Shown here: in pieces, positions 32,283 through 43,900 of the stretch | How the letters are laid out: the number at the start of each line of letters is the position of its first letter | How positions within the stretch are numbered: position 1 is the first letter of the stretch | Assembly: GCA_963843555.1 (NCBI GenBank) | Contig: CAWJKV010000005.1 | Location: 96,001-160,000 of the forward strand | DNA from: an uncultured Methanosarcinales archaeon | GTDB lineage: Archaea > Halobacteriota > Methanosarcinia > Methanotrichales > Methanotrichaceae | Length of the DNA: 64,000 bases | Direction of reading: 5' to 3' | Position numbers and translations under genes: made by a program | The notes under the pieces: model-generated | Seen by the model: the letters and a program-made list of their open reading frames with translations, nothing else | The model's database searches: none | What the model was told of the DNA's origin: nothing

Positions 32283-32800
32283 ATCAGAAGAGATCGGAGT
32301 AAATTTGCAGCGGGCAAATCAAGGCGGGCAGACCGGCTAGAATAGTGAACGGTCTATGGGATGCTGCTCATGCGCGCGCGGGTCAAGCGGGCCGCGCGCC
32401 CCGGAGCCTGCCCCCGGTAGCCGGATGGCGAAAGATTAGGTTCGGCCAAAGAGCAAAACATTTTTCGCGTGATCACAAAGGAGTTTCCATTGCCAGGAGG
32501 AGGTCAGGAAAAGTACTGGCGTAGGAGGGACTTTGGCCTGCGACGTTCCATTTGGGTGGGCAGAGTGGAGAAGAAATTAATGAAAAAGAAATCAGAGGGA
32601 TGAATGAGAATTACCACTCCCACTTTGCGTCTGTAATGCCCCTGTGCTTTGAGCGTCTCTTTTAGCTTCTTGCGGGATTAAGTGTAAGACCCAGCAAGGT
32701 CAGACGAATAGGATATAGTATGTAACTATCAAATTATATAAATAAAAATATGTATTAATACATTGAGTTACCATTAGTAAATGGGGGTGTTGGTATTAAG

Positions 32801-33129
32801 TTGTTGATAATGCTTCCTCTATTGGCACTCGGATTGCTCTGCTCTATTGCCATCGCACAGTCGCAAGGGTATGAAAGTGCAAGCTATCAATCTCAAATGA
32901 CATCTACAGGTGGCTATGATTGGATGTCTCCGTGGTATCCCAGCCACTATAGCTATTGGTATCCCCAGTACAGCTACCCGTCTTACAGCTATTATTACCC
33001 ATATAGCTACTACTATTCATATAGCTATTATTACCCATATAACTACTACTACACTACCCATATAGCTATTATTACCCGTATAGCTACTACTATCCATACA
33101 AGTATTACAGCCACTGTACGTATTGTTGA
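32801..33129 (+). CDS. Secreted Tyr-rich low-complexity protein (YSYYYP repeats; frameshift near 33050)
   Basis: Signal peptide and 18-bp repeats; the alternative frame continues YPYSYYYPYSYYYPYKYYSHCTYC*. Confidence 0.65.
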
Positions 33130-33643
33130 CCGGATCTAAGAGAGTCGAAGTCGATAAGATCTTTATCCTGCCGATTCTGTATCGACTTTCCTATTTTTCA
33201 TACATTCCACAAAATTCAATCAAATATCCGGTATTTTTTTGAATGTTACTCCAGTGGACTTTCACTTTCACCATCAATACCCATTGGGGATGGATGTTTC
33301 ATACATCGATAGTAATTTGCCAGAGTTTGACCGACACACTTGTAGAAATCGCGGCTTTGATATGCCAGCTTCGAGAACTCAACCTTGCTTTAGGCAACGA
33401 CTTTGCGAGGACCAGTTGAAATGAATGTATCGACGAGAAATTCTGCATTCATGTTATTGTCCAATGCAGCGATGCTTTTCTCGTTTCCACAAAAGCTTCT
33501 GACTGATTTCATCTTTATCATGTCACCATCCTAGATTGGACTATAAAGCTGAATGGTTTCAATAACTCATGCCCGATGTGGGATATACCATTGCGACATT
33601 AACACTCCTAAAAAGGCAAAATCGACATCATAGAATACAATAA

Positions 33644-33727
33644 TGCGGGGTACGGGATTCGAACCCGCGAACTCCTGCGAGACAGGATCTTAAGTCCTGC
33701 GCCTTTGGCCAGCTTGGCAAACCCCGC
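33644..33727 (-). tRNA. tRNA-Leu(TAA)
   Basis: GCGGGGT/ACCCCGC acceptor stem, CAGGA-CTTAAGA-TCCTG anticodon arm, long variable arm. Confidence 0.93.
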
Positions 33728-33844
33728 GACTGCTGAAGACCGCCATTCGCAATGGTTCACGATGGATAAATTAGTTTCCCTTAAGAAAAGTCGAAGGGCC
33801 ATTTTTCAGGCCCATTCGTTTTGCTTGCTTTTTCCAGCTCGACG

Positions 33845-34477
33845 CTAATTCGTTGCAGGTGGCATATCTGTGCTGCCAGATGCAGGTGGCATGGCTGCCT
33901 GGCCCTTCACCACTTGCAGACTGCTGAGCAGGTTTTCGGTTACGTCCTGTGGGTAGGATGAGGTTATATCCACGCGAACTGTGCCCGCGGATACAGGTCC
34001 ATAATCCTTGCTGTCCATCCAGTAGCTGGCGCGGTAGAGCCTGACATCGGCAGGAACGGCGGTGTTTTCCGGTACTGGCTCGCTGGTGAGCAGGAAGCCA
34101 TCATTTCCATCTATGGTCCTATCTTCCACATTTGTTACATTGAAGTAGTTGAGAGCGGCCTGAAGGAGGAGCATTTGTTCATACGGTCCCAGAGTCGAAT
34201 CAACGGGGCTTGCAAACTCCTTAATGGTCACTACAGCATTCGTATCATTGTTGGTAAATATCTGCATGCCGTAATTTGTCGCAGATGGGATGCCGAAAAT
34301 ATCCGCAGCTGGCGTCTGTAGGGGCTCCATGACCCTTAATTCAGGCTGTGAATCGGTATTCATATCGAAAGAGACTGCATATGGTCCAAGCTGACCGCTT
34401 TCTGGCACTGCCAAGGCCAGAGAGGAGAGCATCAGCACTGATGCAATGGCTATTAACAATTTCACATAATTCACCAT
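33845..34477 (-). CDS. Secreted hypothetical protein
   Basis: Signal peptide, GAGGT RBS, 210 aa. Confidence 0.75.
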   Translation of the reverse strand: MVNYVKLLIAIASVLMLSSLALAVPESGQLGPYAVSFDMNTDSQPELRVMEPLQTPAADIFGIPSATNYGMQIFTNNDTNAVVTIKEFASPVDSTLGPYEQMLLLQAALNYFNVTNVEDRTIDGNDGFLLTSEPVPENTAVPADVRLYRASYWMDSKDYGPVSAGTVRVDITSSYPQDVTENLLSSLQVVKGQAAMPPASGSTDMPPATN

Positions 34478-34540
34478 AACCTCAATACTACCTCATCCTA
34501 GAAAAGTCTTCCTTTAATATGTGTCTCGTATTGCTCCTCC

Positions 34541-35011
34541 ATGGAAGCATTAAGCTCAAATAGGTGCCATCCAGAGCAGCTTTTCATGATCCTTGGATGC
34601 AGTGAGCCCGGAATTTATACTATTCTTCTAAATCTTGATAAGGCAAAGGAGATAGAGGTCGGATCCCTGGGCGCTATTGCCTTTGCAGCCGGATACTACG
34701 CTTACACCGGCTCGGCACGCGGTCCTGGCGGCTGCAAGCGCGTGGATCGCCACATAAGGGTAATGCAAGGCATTGAATCAACCCGGAGGTGGCACATCGA
34801 CTACCTCTTGCCCCAGGCCGGCTTTCAGGAGGTCTTCATCACCAAAACAGACCGCGACCTGGAATGCAGAATAGCATCAAAGGTCGCAGAGCGACTTTGG
34901 CCCATAAAGGGCTTCGGCTGCACGGATTGCGGCTGCATAAGCCATCTGCATTATGCCCAAGACCTGTGTTATATGCAGGAGGCAGTTCGTCTGGCTCACG
35001 AACAACAGTAA
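34541..35011 (+). CDS. DUF123 / GIY-YIG-like endonuclease
   Basis: GIY..., GYYAYTGSA, RWHIDYL, FGCTDCGCISHL. Confidence 0.85.
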   Translation: MEALSSNRCHPEQLFMILGCSEPGIYTILLNLDKAKEIEVGSLGAIAFAAGYYAYTGSARGPGGCKRVDRHIRVMQGIESTRRWHIDYLLPQAGFQEVFITKTDRDLECRIASKVAERLWPIKGFGCTDCGCISHLHYAQDLCYMQEAVRLAHEQQ

Positions 35012-35508
35012 TGACGTCGTTATCAAGAGAATTTTGTCGATAGCCATTCGATCTGAGCCTGATTCGTCAACATCGCAAATGAACAGTATTTTCCGCGCAG
35101 GACTCAGACCCCTGGGCACCGCTGAAATGCTACAAACGCCCCGAAAAGAAGATTCGTACCCTGCCCGGTATTACATATCCTGTCAGATCCCCGGCCTGTC
35201 CTGCCATGAAGGCAAAAGAGGTAGCAGAGACGACTAAACTCAAGATTTGCTCCATCCTACGCTGTGACCAAGTTGACTGGATTGAGGCTGCCCGAGAATA
35301 TGAAATGTGCTCATGAAATTACTGTATATATTTGTAGCTATAAAACAATAATTATGCATGCAAAGCCTTTTTCTCCCAAACATCCGAAACGCATTTATAG
35401 ATAGAAATATAAAAAATGAACTGAAGGGTTTAATCTTTATTAATTGTCAGGGATAACAAGTGGCGATCTATTGTAAGGGATAGATCAAGGGAAAAAGGGA
35501 GTAGTTGA

Positions 35509-38500
35509 ATGAGGAGGGGTAGGTTTAGGCTCAGACTACCTCGGGGGAGGCGTAGTCTAAAGGCAAGTCCCGCGTTTGCTGGGATTAGCCGCATTTCTGG
35601 TCATTCTAGTTCCAACTTTATTCTATCTCTTCCCTCATGCTCCGGATTCACGTTCCCTTGACTCCGATTTATCTGATTCTCAACCCATACTTCCTTCCGA
35701 CTCAGACGACCTCGAGGATGACCTGGTTGCCGAAGGTGCAATCCGACAATGCACCCGAGCCAGTTCTGAAAGTAGCATCCTCGGGTGCCTCTCTTCAGGC
35801 ATCGGTCAATTCCAGCAGAGACATCTCGCAGATCTACCTGGAGAACGCCGGCACCTCAAAGCTTCGTCAAGTGAAGGTCCAGAGCGACGGAAAAATCCTG
35901 GGGCTCCTTTCCGAGCTTGTCCCCGGGGAGAAGAAAGTGCTGGCCATCAGCGGCCCCGTGGACGAAATACTGGTGTCGGCCTTCGATTCATCCGGCCAGG
36001 AGATTGTGGGCCGGGTTCAGCATAACTCAGACAAAGGTGACTGTGTCCGCTTCAGCGGCTACAGGGGATACTATGCTGAACACTAAGGCCGCTCCAGAGG
36101 CTTCCGTTTCTTTTTCCGGTCCCTCGAAGATGACGGCACCAGCACCCAAGGCCCCCGCAAAGCCCACACCACCAGCGAAAATAGTTCCACCAATCGCGAA
36201 GAAGCCCGAGGTATCACTCTCTTTCGATAAGCATTGCCGCGAACAGATCAGAAGGCAGGGAAGGAGAGGTCGTGGGCTACAGCTGCAAAGCGGTAAACTT
36301 GGGGTCCATTGAACTCTCCGATGTACGGATCACCTGCGCTGGCAAGCTGGTTCCACCAGGTTCCTCCCTCCGCATAAGGAGCTATTTCTCGATGGAGTCC
36401 TGGTGATTGAGAATGTACCAATCTCTCGGCCAGAGTGGATGGAAAGGATGCCAACGGCAAGCGTCTACACAAATGATACCTCAACTGCCGTTCGGATGGT
36501 CTCACCTTTGATCAAGCTGGAGGTGACGGCCCCAGGCGTGGTGAGGCGTGGTGATATTGTCCGCTTCCAGATCCGGGTTGAAAATAGCGGGAAGGGGAAA
36601 CTCACCGATCTAATCGTCTCCGATAGCTTTGGTGAGATAGGCAGAATAGACATTATCAACCCGGGAGCTTTCCAGGTGCTGCAAACAGGAGAGAGTTGTG
36701 ACCCAGAGTCTGCAAGATGATGTAAGAGTCACCGCCCGGGACGATTCTGGCCAGGAGCTCTATGCCAGCCAGAGCCTGAGCCTTCGGGTGAGAAACTCCT
36801 CCCTGGAGATCCGGGGCGATCCGGCAGAGGTCAGGACGTATCCGGGAAATCCAGTTGGAGTGACCTGGATCCTGAGCAACACCGGTGAAGAGCTATTGAA
36901 GAACATAACTCTGGATGGAGACGGCAAGAGATGCATGCTGGCGGAAATGCCGCCGGGGCGATCCGTGCGCATGGCTGCGATCTATAGCAAGAACACTACC
37001 ACCTGGATAAACGTCACAGCCCATGGCGTTGACGAGAATGGATTTGATGCCACTGCCGAGGCTTCTGTGCTTCTGAAGTCCATTCAGCCCGGCATCAGTT
37101 TGCGGGTTATGCCCATAGAGATAGAGGCCTGTCCCGGAGATACGGCTGAAATAACAAGTCTCGTCACCAATTCGGGAGACGACAGCCTGAATGATGTGGT
37201 CATCACTCAAAATGGGTCCGATCTGGCAGCCATCGGCCGTCTGGAGCCGGGCGAGTTCCAAGTCGTTAACTCTCGAACTGTGATATCCAACAATTGCACC
37301 ATTCAATTTTCAGTCGAGGGAAAGGATTCGAGCGGCAAGATCTGGTCTGACGAGTCAAGCGTGAAGGCAAGGACGGCTGTCACTGCTCTCAAGGTATTCG
37401 TCAGCGCCTCGCCGCCTGTGGTTATGCCCGGAGCCCGCAGCAATCTTACCTGCACAGTGGCCAACACAGGCAGTGTCCCACTCTACAGCATCTTCGTCAT
37501 CAGCAAAAAGCTGGGCCCCCTGGGCAATATCGATTATCTCTCTCCCAAGCACCAGAAGGTGATCTATGCAGAAAAGGCGATCACAATAGCAGGGGATGAT
37601 ACTGTAACTGCAGAGGGATTCACTCAGGATAAGAAGCCCGTTCGAGAGTCTTGCACACTTAATATCGGCCTCTTGAGTGGCACTGCAAAGGGTTTGGAGG
37701 ACTCTGCGTCAGGCTCTCAGAATTCAGTCAGGATGGCCCCGGCAAACATCAGCTACGGCAACCTGAGCCTGCCTTTCAACCTGCCCGACGAGAAGGAGAC
37801 AGTCACTCAAATCTCGGGCGCCATTGGAAGGGATTTTGACCGCTCGGCAACCCAATCAAATAATGCGGTCGTTGACGGTATCACAAACCTCCTGAGATAT
37901 GTGGAAACGCTTCTGGGAATGTCCGGCAACGAGATTGAGAGTGAGAATGAGTCCGAATCTCATGCCGCCCAGGAGTTTGTGCCTCAGGCAAAAGATGGCC
38001 TGCCCGGTGCAAAGGATTACGAGCTGAGCATTGAGGGAGTGAAGAGCTCAGAGCACGGAGCCATAACCATTCTGGATGTGAACGCCATGCCCTCTCAGCC
38101 CGCATCCGGAGAACCGGTAAAAGTAACAGTGCATTTGCAGAGCCCGACCCCAATAACGTCCGCCTCGGTGAAATACGGGCTCTCTGAGTCTCCCCTAACC
38201 AAGCAGGATATGCTGGGTGTGGCGAGGGTTTATGATTCCAGTCTTAGCCTGGAATCGGGCAGCGCAAAAGATGGATACTGGAGCTGCACCATACCCGGAA
38301 AAGCCGCCGGTACTTACATGCCTCTCTCTGTCTGGATGACAGATGGGTCGAATACCGCGGAAGGCGGGCCGTACTTGATTCACTGGAGCACAGTCAAATC
38401 TGCGACCAGGGACGTAATCGCTCCCGTCTCTGGAAATGGCAGGCTCTTTATTGAGTCTTCATCGGTAAAGGGAACAGGAGAGGTCTCCATAAAGGATACC

Positions 38501-38932
38501 TTCGAGGGAACGGCGATGCACTACAATGAGAAGATGATGGGCAATGGCTCCATAAGCCTGGAGACCCAGAGAAGCCTTGACCGCAAGGCATCCGTCGACA
38601 ACTTCGTCGAGAAGAAGGATCTGGTCTTCACCGGCGGCAACCTCAAAGGCCGTCAGACGGTTGAATCACCCACCTTCGATGGCGGCATGGGAGCGTCCGT
38701 CACAGAGAGGTTCAACTTAAGCCATGTGGACAGAAGCGAGACCTCCAGCGTCTCCAGCGCCAGCTATACCAACAATACTCTGAACTTCAAGACGGAACAG
38801 GCCTTCAACGGAACCTGGAATATTCAAACCAAGTATGCCAAGTTCTTCAAGAAGATCAAGGCAGATCAGCAGTACAGGGGTTCCTTCCAAACCCAGAAGG
38901 AGATCCAGTTCCAGGACGCGGGACAAAATTAA
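35509..38932 (+). CDS. Large exported protein: Ig-like (DUF11/CARDB-type) repeats plus C-terminal domain of the 20-25 kb family (several frameshifts, 35.5-36.7 kb)
   Basis: N-terminal TM, repeated V.N.G...L..+.+....G.L.PGE units across overlapping ORFs, C-terminal SSVKGTG...GGMGASVTE...YRGSFQTQKEIQF. Confidence 0.7.
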
Positions 38933-38968
38933 TTAAAAAAAAGGCTCTGCTGAACCGGGGCCGACCTC

Positions 38969-39322
38969 TCAACGCCTCGCCTTCGCAGCTTTGCTCCAGA
39001 TTTCGTCACTATTGTCCATTGACTCGATCAGGTCATGAATATCGATGCGGTGCTGAACCTCGGCCGCTCGCAGCGTTTTTTCCATGGAGAGCCGCATCAT
39101 CTCCCTGGCCTCTTCTCGCAGCCGTTCCGCCTCCAGCCAGAGGATCTCCGCCTGCCCCGCGTCGGACGGCCTCGTATCCACCGATTCGCGACGTAGCTCC
39201 ACCTCTTTTTGGCTCGATGCCTCGCAACCCTCCCGCAGGCGCTTTGCATCCGCTAAGAGTTCCTCTACCTCGAGGGCCATATCTTCTGCGCTTCTGGCTA
39301 CCAGATCCTTTTCCGAGAACAT
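38969..39322 (-). CDS. Hypothetical charged coiled-coil protein
   Basis: E/R-rich 117 aa ORF immediately downstream of pdxT. Confidence 0.7.
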   Translation of the reverse strand: MFSEKDLVARSAEDMALEVEELLADAKRLREGCEASSQKEVELRRESVDTRPSDAGQAEILWLEAERLREEAREMMRLSMEKTLRAAEVQHRIDIHDLIESMDNSDEIWSKAAKARR

Positions 39323-39323
39323 C

Positions 39324-39905
39324 TCAATCCTCCAGCATCTTCAGGAATAATTGATGAATTCGCAAGTCACAGGTGAGCTCAGGATGAAACGCCAGAGCCA
39401 GCAGATTCTTCTGCCGGGCCGCAACAACGGCGTCCCCCACTTTCGCCAGCACCTGCACCCCATTGCCCACCTCTGCAATGGCAGGAGCCCGGATGAATAC
39501 CGCCCGGTAAGGTTGCTCCAGGCCCTCAATCTCCAGGTCCGCCTCGAAGGACTCTCTCTGCGGCCCGAAGGCGTTCCTGCTGATCCTGATATCCATCAGA
39601 CCGAGTGGCTTAACCCTTGAATCGCCCTCTATCTCTCTGGAGACCAGCACTAAACCCGCACAGGTGGCAAGGATCGGCTTGCCGGAGATCGCTGCAGCTT
39701 TCAGCTCCTCTGTCAGACCTGACCTTTCCAGCTGACGAATGATGGCAGTGCTCTCTCCTCCCGGCAGCACCAGGGCTGAGCAATGCTCCATTTGGCCGGG
39801 CTTTTTGATCTCCACCACCCGACCCTGGCCCTGCATTACCCTCTCCAGAACTGCGACATGCTCCGAGACATCCCCCTGCAGAGCAAGGACTCCGATCCTA
39901 TGCAA
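39324..39905 (-). CDS. pdxT: PLP synthase glutaminase subunit
   Basis: GVLALQG, PGGEST, TCAG, FIRAP, FHPEL. Confidence 0.95.
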   Translation of the reverse strand: MHRIGVLALQGDVSEHVAVLERVMQGQGRVVEIKKPGQMEHCSALVLPGGESTAIIRQLERSGLTEELKAAAISGKPILATCAGLVLVSREIEGDSRVKPLGLMDIRISRNAFGPQRESFEADLEIEGLEQPYRAVFIRAPAIAEVGNGVQVLAKVGDAVVAARQKNLLALAFHPELTCDLRIHQLFLKMLED

Positions 39906-40799
39906 TTACCATCCTCTCTTCTGCAGAACTTCTGCCTCAGGAATCGTTGCCGCATCCAGCCCTTTCATGGCCGCGCCCAGACCCTTGGATACATCGGCCA
40001 GGAGCGCTGGATCACTGTAATGATGCACTGCTTCGACAATGGCCTGTGCCATTGCCTCCGGATTCTCGGACTTGAATATGCCCGAACCTACGAAGACTCC
40101 ATCTGCACCAAGCTGCATCATCAGAGCCGCATCAGCAGGCGTAGCCACGCCGCCGGCAGCAAAGTTAACAACGGGCAGGCGTTGCATGCTGGCACATTCT
40201 CTGACCAGATCCAGGTCCGCTTCGATCTCACGCGCCACCTTCATGAGCTGCAGATCGTCCATGCCCTTCAGGCTCCTGATCTGGCCCAGGATCATCCTCA
40301 TATGCAGCACCGCCTGGCTCACGTCTCCCGTTCCCGCCTCGCCCTTGGTCCTGATCATGGCCGCACCTTCCTTGATGCGCCGGCATGCCTCCCCCAGGTT
40401 TCGAGCGCCGCAGACGAACGGAATGGTGAACTTGGTCTTCTCAATATGGAATTCATCCGCCGGAGTAAGGACCTCTGACTCGTCCACCATATCCACTCCC
40501 AGCGCCTCTAAAATCTGGGCTTCCACAAAGTGGCCGATCCTGGCCTTTGCCATGACAGGGATGGTCACAGCCTCGATGATCGACTCTATGACCATAGGAT
40601 CTGCCATCCTGGCCACACCGCCCATCTTCCTGATGTCCGCAGGCACGGCATGCAGGGCCATTACGGCTACAGCTCCCGCTTCTTCAGCTATTACGGCTTG
40701 TTTCGCGGTGGTGACATCCATGATGACGCCGCCTTTCTGCATCTTTGCGAAACCGCGTTTGAGCAGTTCCGTACCGAATCGAAGATTTTCAAGCTCCAT
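39906..40799 (-). CDS. pdxS: PLP synthase lyase subunit
   Basis: [37 protein letters not shown]. Confidence 0.96.
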   Translation of the reverse strand: MELENLRFGTELLKRGFAKMQKGGVIMDVTTAKQAVIAEEAGAVAVMALHAVPADIRKMGGVARMADPMVIESIIEAVTIPVMAKARIGHFVEAQILEALGVDMVDESEVLTPADEFHIEKTKFTIPFVCGARNLGEACRRIKEGAAMIRTKGEAGTGDVSQAVLHMRMILGQIRSLKGMDDLQLMKVAREIEADLDLVRECASMQRLPVVNFAAGGVATPADAALMMQLGADGVFVGSGIFKSENPEAMAQAIVEAVHHYSDPALLADVSKGLGAAMKGLDAATIPEAEVLQKRGW

Positions 40800-40937
40800 G
40801 AATTGCCCCAAACGTTATTAAGTGCGAGGCTAACGCATTGAGAACATAAATAAACTTTGCCCCGACAGACTGCGATCTATGTCCAAAATCGGGGCAAGAA
40901 AAATGGAGGCGGCAGCCATAGACTGCCCCCATCTGTC

Positions 40938-43900
40938 TTATGGCATATAGTTTTCGTAGATGTAGATATCTTTGTCCCCATTCCGATCATCGGTCCAGAC
41001 GATTCTTCCCGTCCTTATGCGCGGTTCAGTCTGGTTCCCGGCATCCGTGCAGATGGCTTTCTCACTTGCCACATTCTGGTCGTAGACATAAATGTCCCAG
41101 TTACCGTTTCTCTTATCCTGCCACACAATGACGCCGTTTTCGACATCGGGATTGGTCTGATCCGTCAGATCCTTGGTTATCTGTGTCTCCTTACTGGTTT
41201 TGAGGTCGTAGGCATAAATATCCCAGTTCCCGTTCCGGTTATCCTGCCAGACCACAGTGTTCCCATCTGTCGCCGCATTGGTCTGATCGTTGGCATCGCT
41301 CACCAGCATTACGGGTTTCTGGCCCTGCTTCCACAGCCAGATATCCCAGTTCCCTTTCTTATTATCCTGATAGACGACAAGATCTTTTCCGGCCCGCGGA
41401 TTAGTGCCGCTGGGCGGAGCTTCAGGACTGACCTCCTTTTCGAAAAGAGGTCTCACATAGACCATCCTGCCAAAGTAAGTATTTCTCAGATAGGCCAGAT
41501 AATCTGGACTGAGGGAGATCGATGTCGCGTTCTCCAGTCCAAAAACCAGCTCCGAGGAGTTGTCAATGGATATATCAAATGTTCTGATAGACCAGTAGTC
41601 CTCGATTCCATATTGGTTCTGGGGATTGCGGGCAACCCAACCGATGATACTTCCTGAGATATCCGGATTCATATCCTCATAGGGGCTTGCCGCTATGGGT
41701 AGCTCGATCTCCTGGTTCAGGCTGTAGACATAGATATCCGGGTTTCCGGTACGGTTATCCATCCAGGCCACATAGTATCCCACCTGGTCGTTGCCGCCAA
41801 CAACAGGTTGGCTCTGGTCGCCGGGCGCTTTGCATATAACGCTGGTTTGACCCGCCGTCACAGGTACCGATCTCGGCCTACCACTCTCGGTGTTGAGCCA
41901 GACCAGTTTCTTGTCCATGCTGGGCTTGACCTGCCCTGGTCCCGCCTGAACCAGCTCATCCTTCCAGTTGCTCAGGTCCAGCTTGCGGATGGAGGCATTT
42001 GTCCCTGCGTCATCAACATAGGCGATGTACTTGCTCGATACCACGGGGTTCGTCTGCTCTCCTGGGCGGGGATAGGTCTTACCCCACTTCTGATCCCAGA
42101 AGTAATAGGAGATATCTTTGGTCTTGCCATCCTCCCAGGCGATGGTGTTTCCAGAGATGTCGGGATAAAGCTGGTCTCCATCGCCCGTCAGTTTGGTCTC
42201 ACTTCCCAAATTCAGGTCTTTGACATAAACGTCAAAGTCTCCGTTTCTGTTGTCCTGCCAGACCACCAGGTCACCGCTGATGATGGGATACATCTGCTGG
42301 CCTGATCCTTTGTAGACGGGAACGGTCTCGCCCGTGGATAAATCTCGCATGTAGACATCCCAGTTGCCGCTGGAGTTGTCCTGCCAGACGACCCGATCGT
42401 TGGAGATGGACGGCCAGATTTGATCACCTTTTCCCGTGACAAGGGCCGATTCGACACCGGTAGCCAGGTTCTTCAAATAGATGTCCCCATCCCCATTTCT
42501 GTAGTCTGCGAATACTACTTTGTCTCCGGAGGCTTTGGGGTAGAGCTGATCATATTCTCCTCGAGAGATGGGCCTTTCCGCTCTTGTGGAGAAATCAAAG
42601 CCAAATATGTTCCAGTTGCCTCTCCGGTTGTCGCTCCATACTAGGAGGCTGCCATTGGTGTTGGGGAAGTCGGTATTGAGTAGCAGCAGGGGATCGGAGT
42701 TGATATACCTCATCTTGATCTGCGAATAGCCATTGCTATTGTCCATCCATACGATCTTGTTGTCGCTTATGATCTTGGAAGATAGGTAAGGCTTGACCTG
42801 ATCGGGATCTCCTTTGCCGTCATTGGGAGTCTGCTGATTGGGAAGCGTGGCCAATGGTACTTCCACCCTCTTCGCCAGATCGTAGAGATATATATCCGAA
42901 TCTCCCTGTCTTACATCCAGCCAGGCTAAATAGTCTCCATAAACCATTGGGTTGCCCTGGTTAGCAGGGTTAATTATTACGGCCCGTTCCGTTTTTGTGA
43001 CTAGGTCGTAAACATATATGTCCCAGTTCTCATTTCTGCCATCGGCCCAGACCACGGTATCGCCCCAAATCCAGGGTTGGGCCTGGCGAGCCGGGTTTGT
43101 GCAGATGGGAATCTCCTTTCCGGAGGTCAGGTTGTAGAGATAGACATCCCATTTATCCTCACCACTCCGAGAGTCAATCCAGACTATCTTGTCGTCGTTT
43201 ATTACCGGCGAGAGCTTCAGAGACTGTACAGTTGTGATCTGCCGTTCCTTTCCCGTAGCTATGTCGTAATTGTAGATCTGCTCTCCGCCCGAGCGTTCAT
43301 CAATCCAGATGATATTATTTCCGTCGATCATTCCGTAGCGATGGTCGGACGAATCGGCGGTAACCTGGGTAGTCTCTTTGCTCAATAGGTTGTAGAGGAA
43401 TATGTTGAGGTTGCCCTTGCTCTTATCCGTCCAGATCACATTGTCCCCGCTTATATCAGGGCTGCTGTGGTCAAAATCGCTATTGGTTATGCTCGTCTCC
43501 TCATTGGTGGCCGTATTGAATAAATAGACGTTGAAGTTGCCGTTTCTATTGTCTGTCCAGACGATATTCTCTCCAGAGATGGAGGGATTGGTGTGGTTGA
43601 AAGGCTCACTGGTTATGGATACATCTGCCAGGATCTCGAAGTCGTACATTTGAATGTTCGAATCGGTCTGTCCTTGCCTGTAATCCGTCCAGACGACGCC
43701 CCGGTCACTGATGGCCGGTTCCATCTTGATGCTGCCGGGAGCGAGACCAGAGTCCGTGCCGGTCGAAATGTCATAGAGATTGATCTCGGTGTGGTTGTTG
43801 AGATAGACGATGTACTTGCCGTAAATCCTGGGATCGGTCTGCACGCCTGGTTTGGAAAGCGTCGTAGTCTTCTTAGTTGTCAAATCAATAAAGGCAATAT

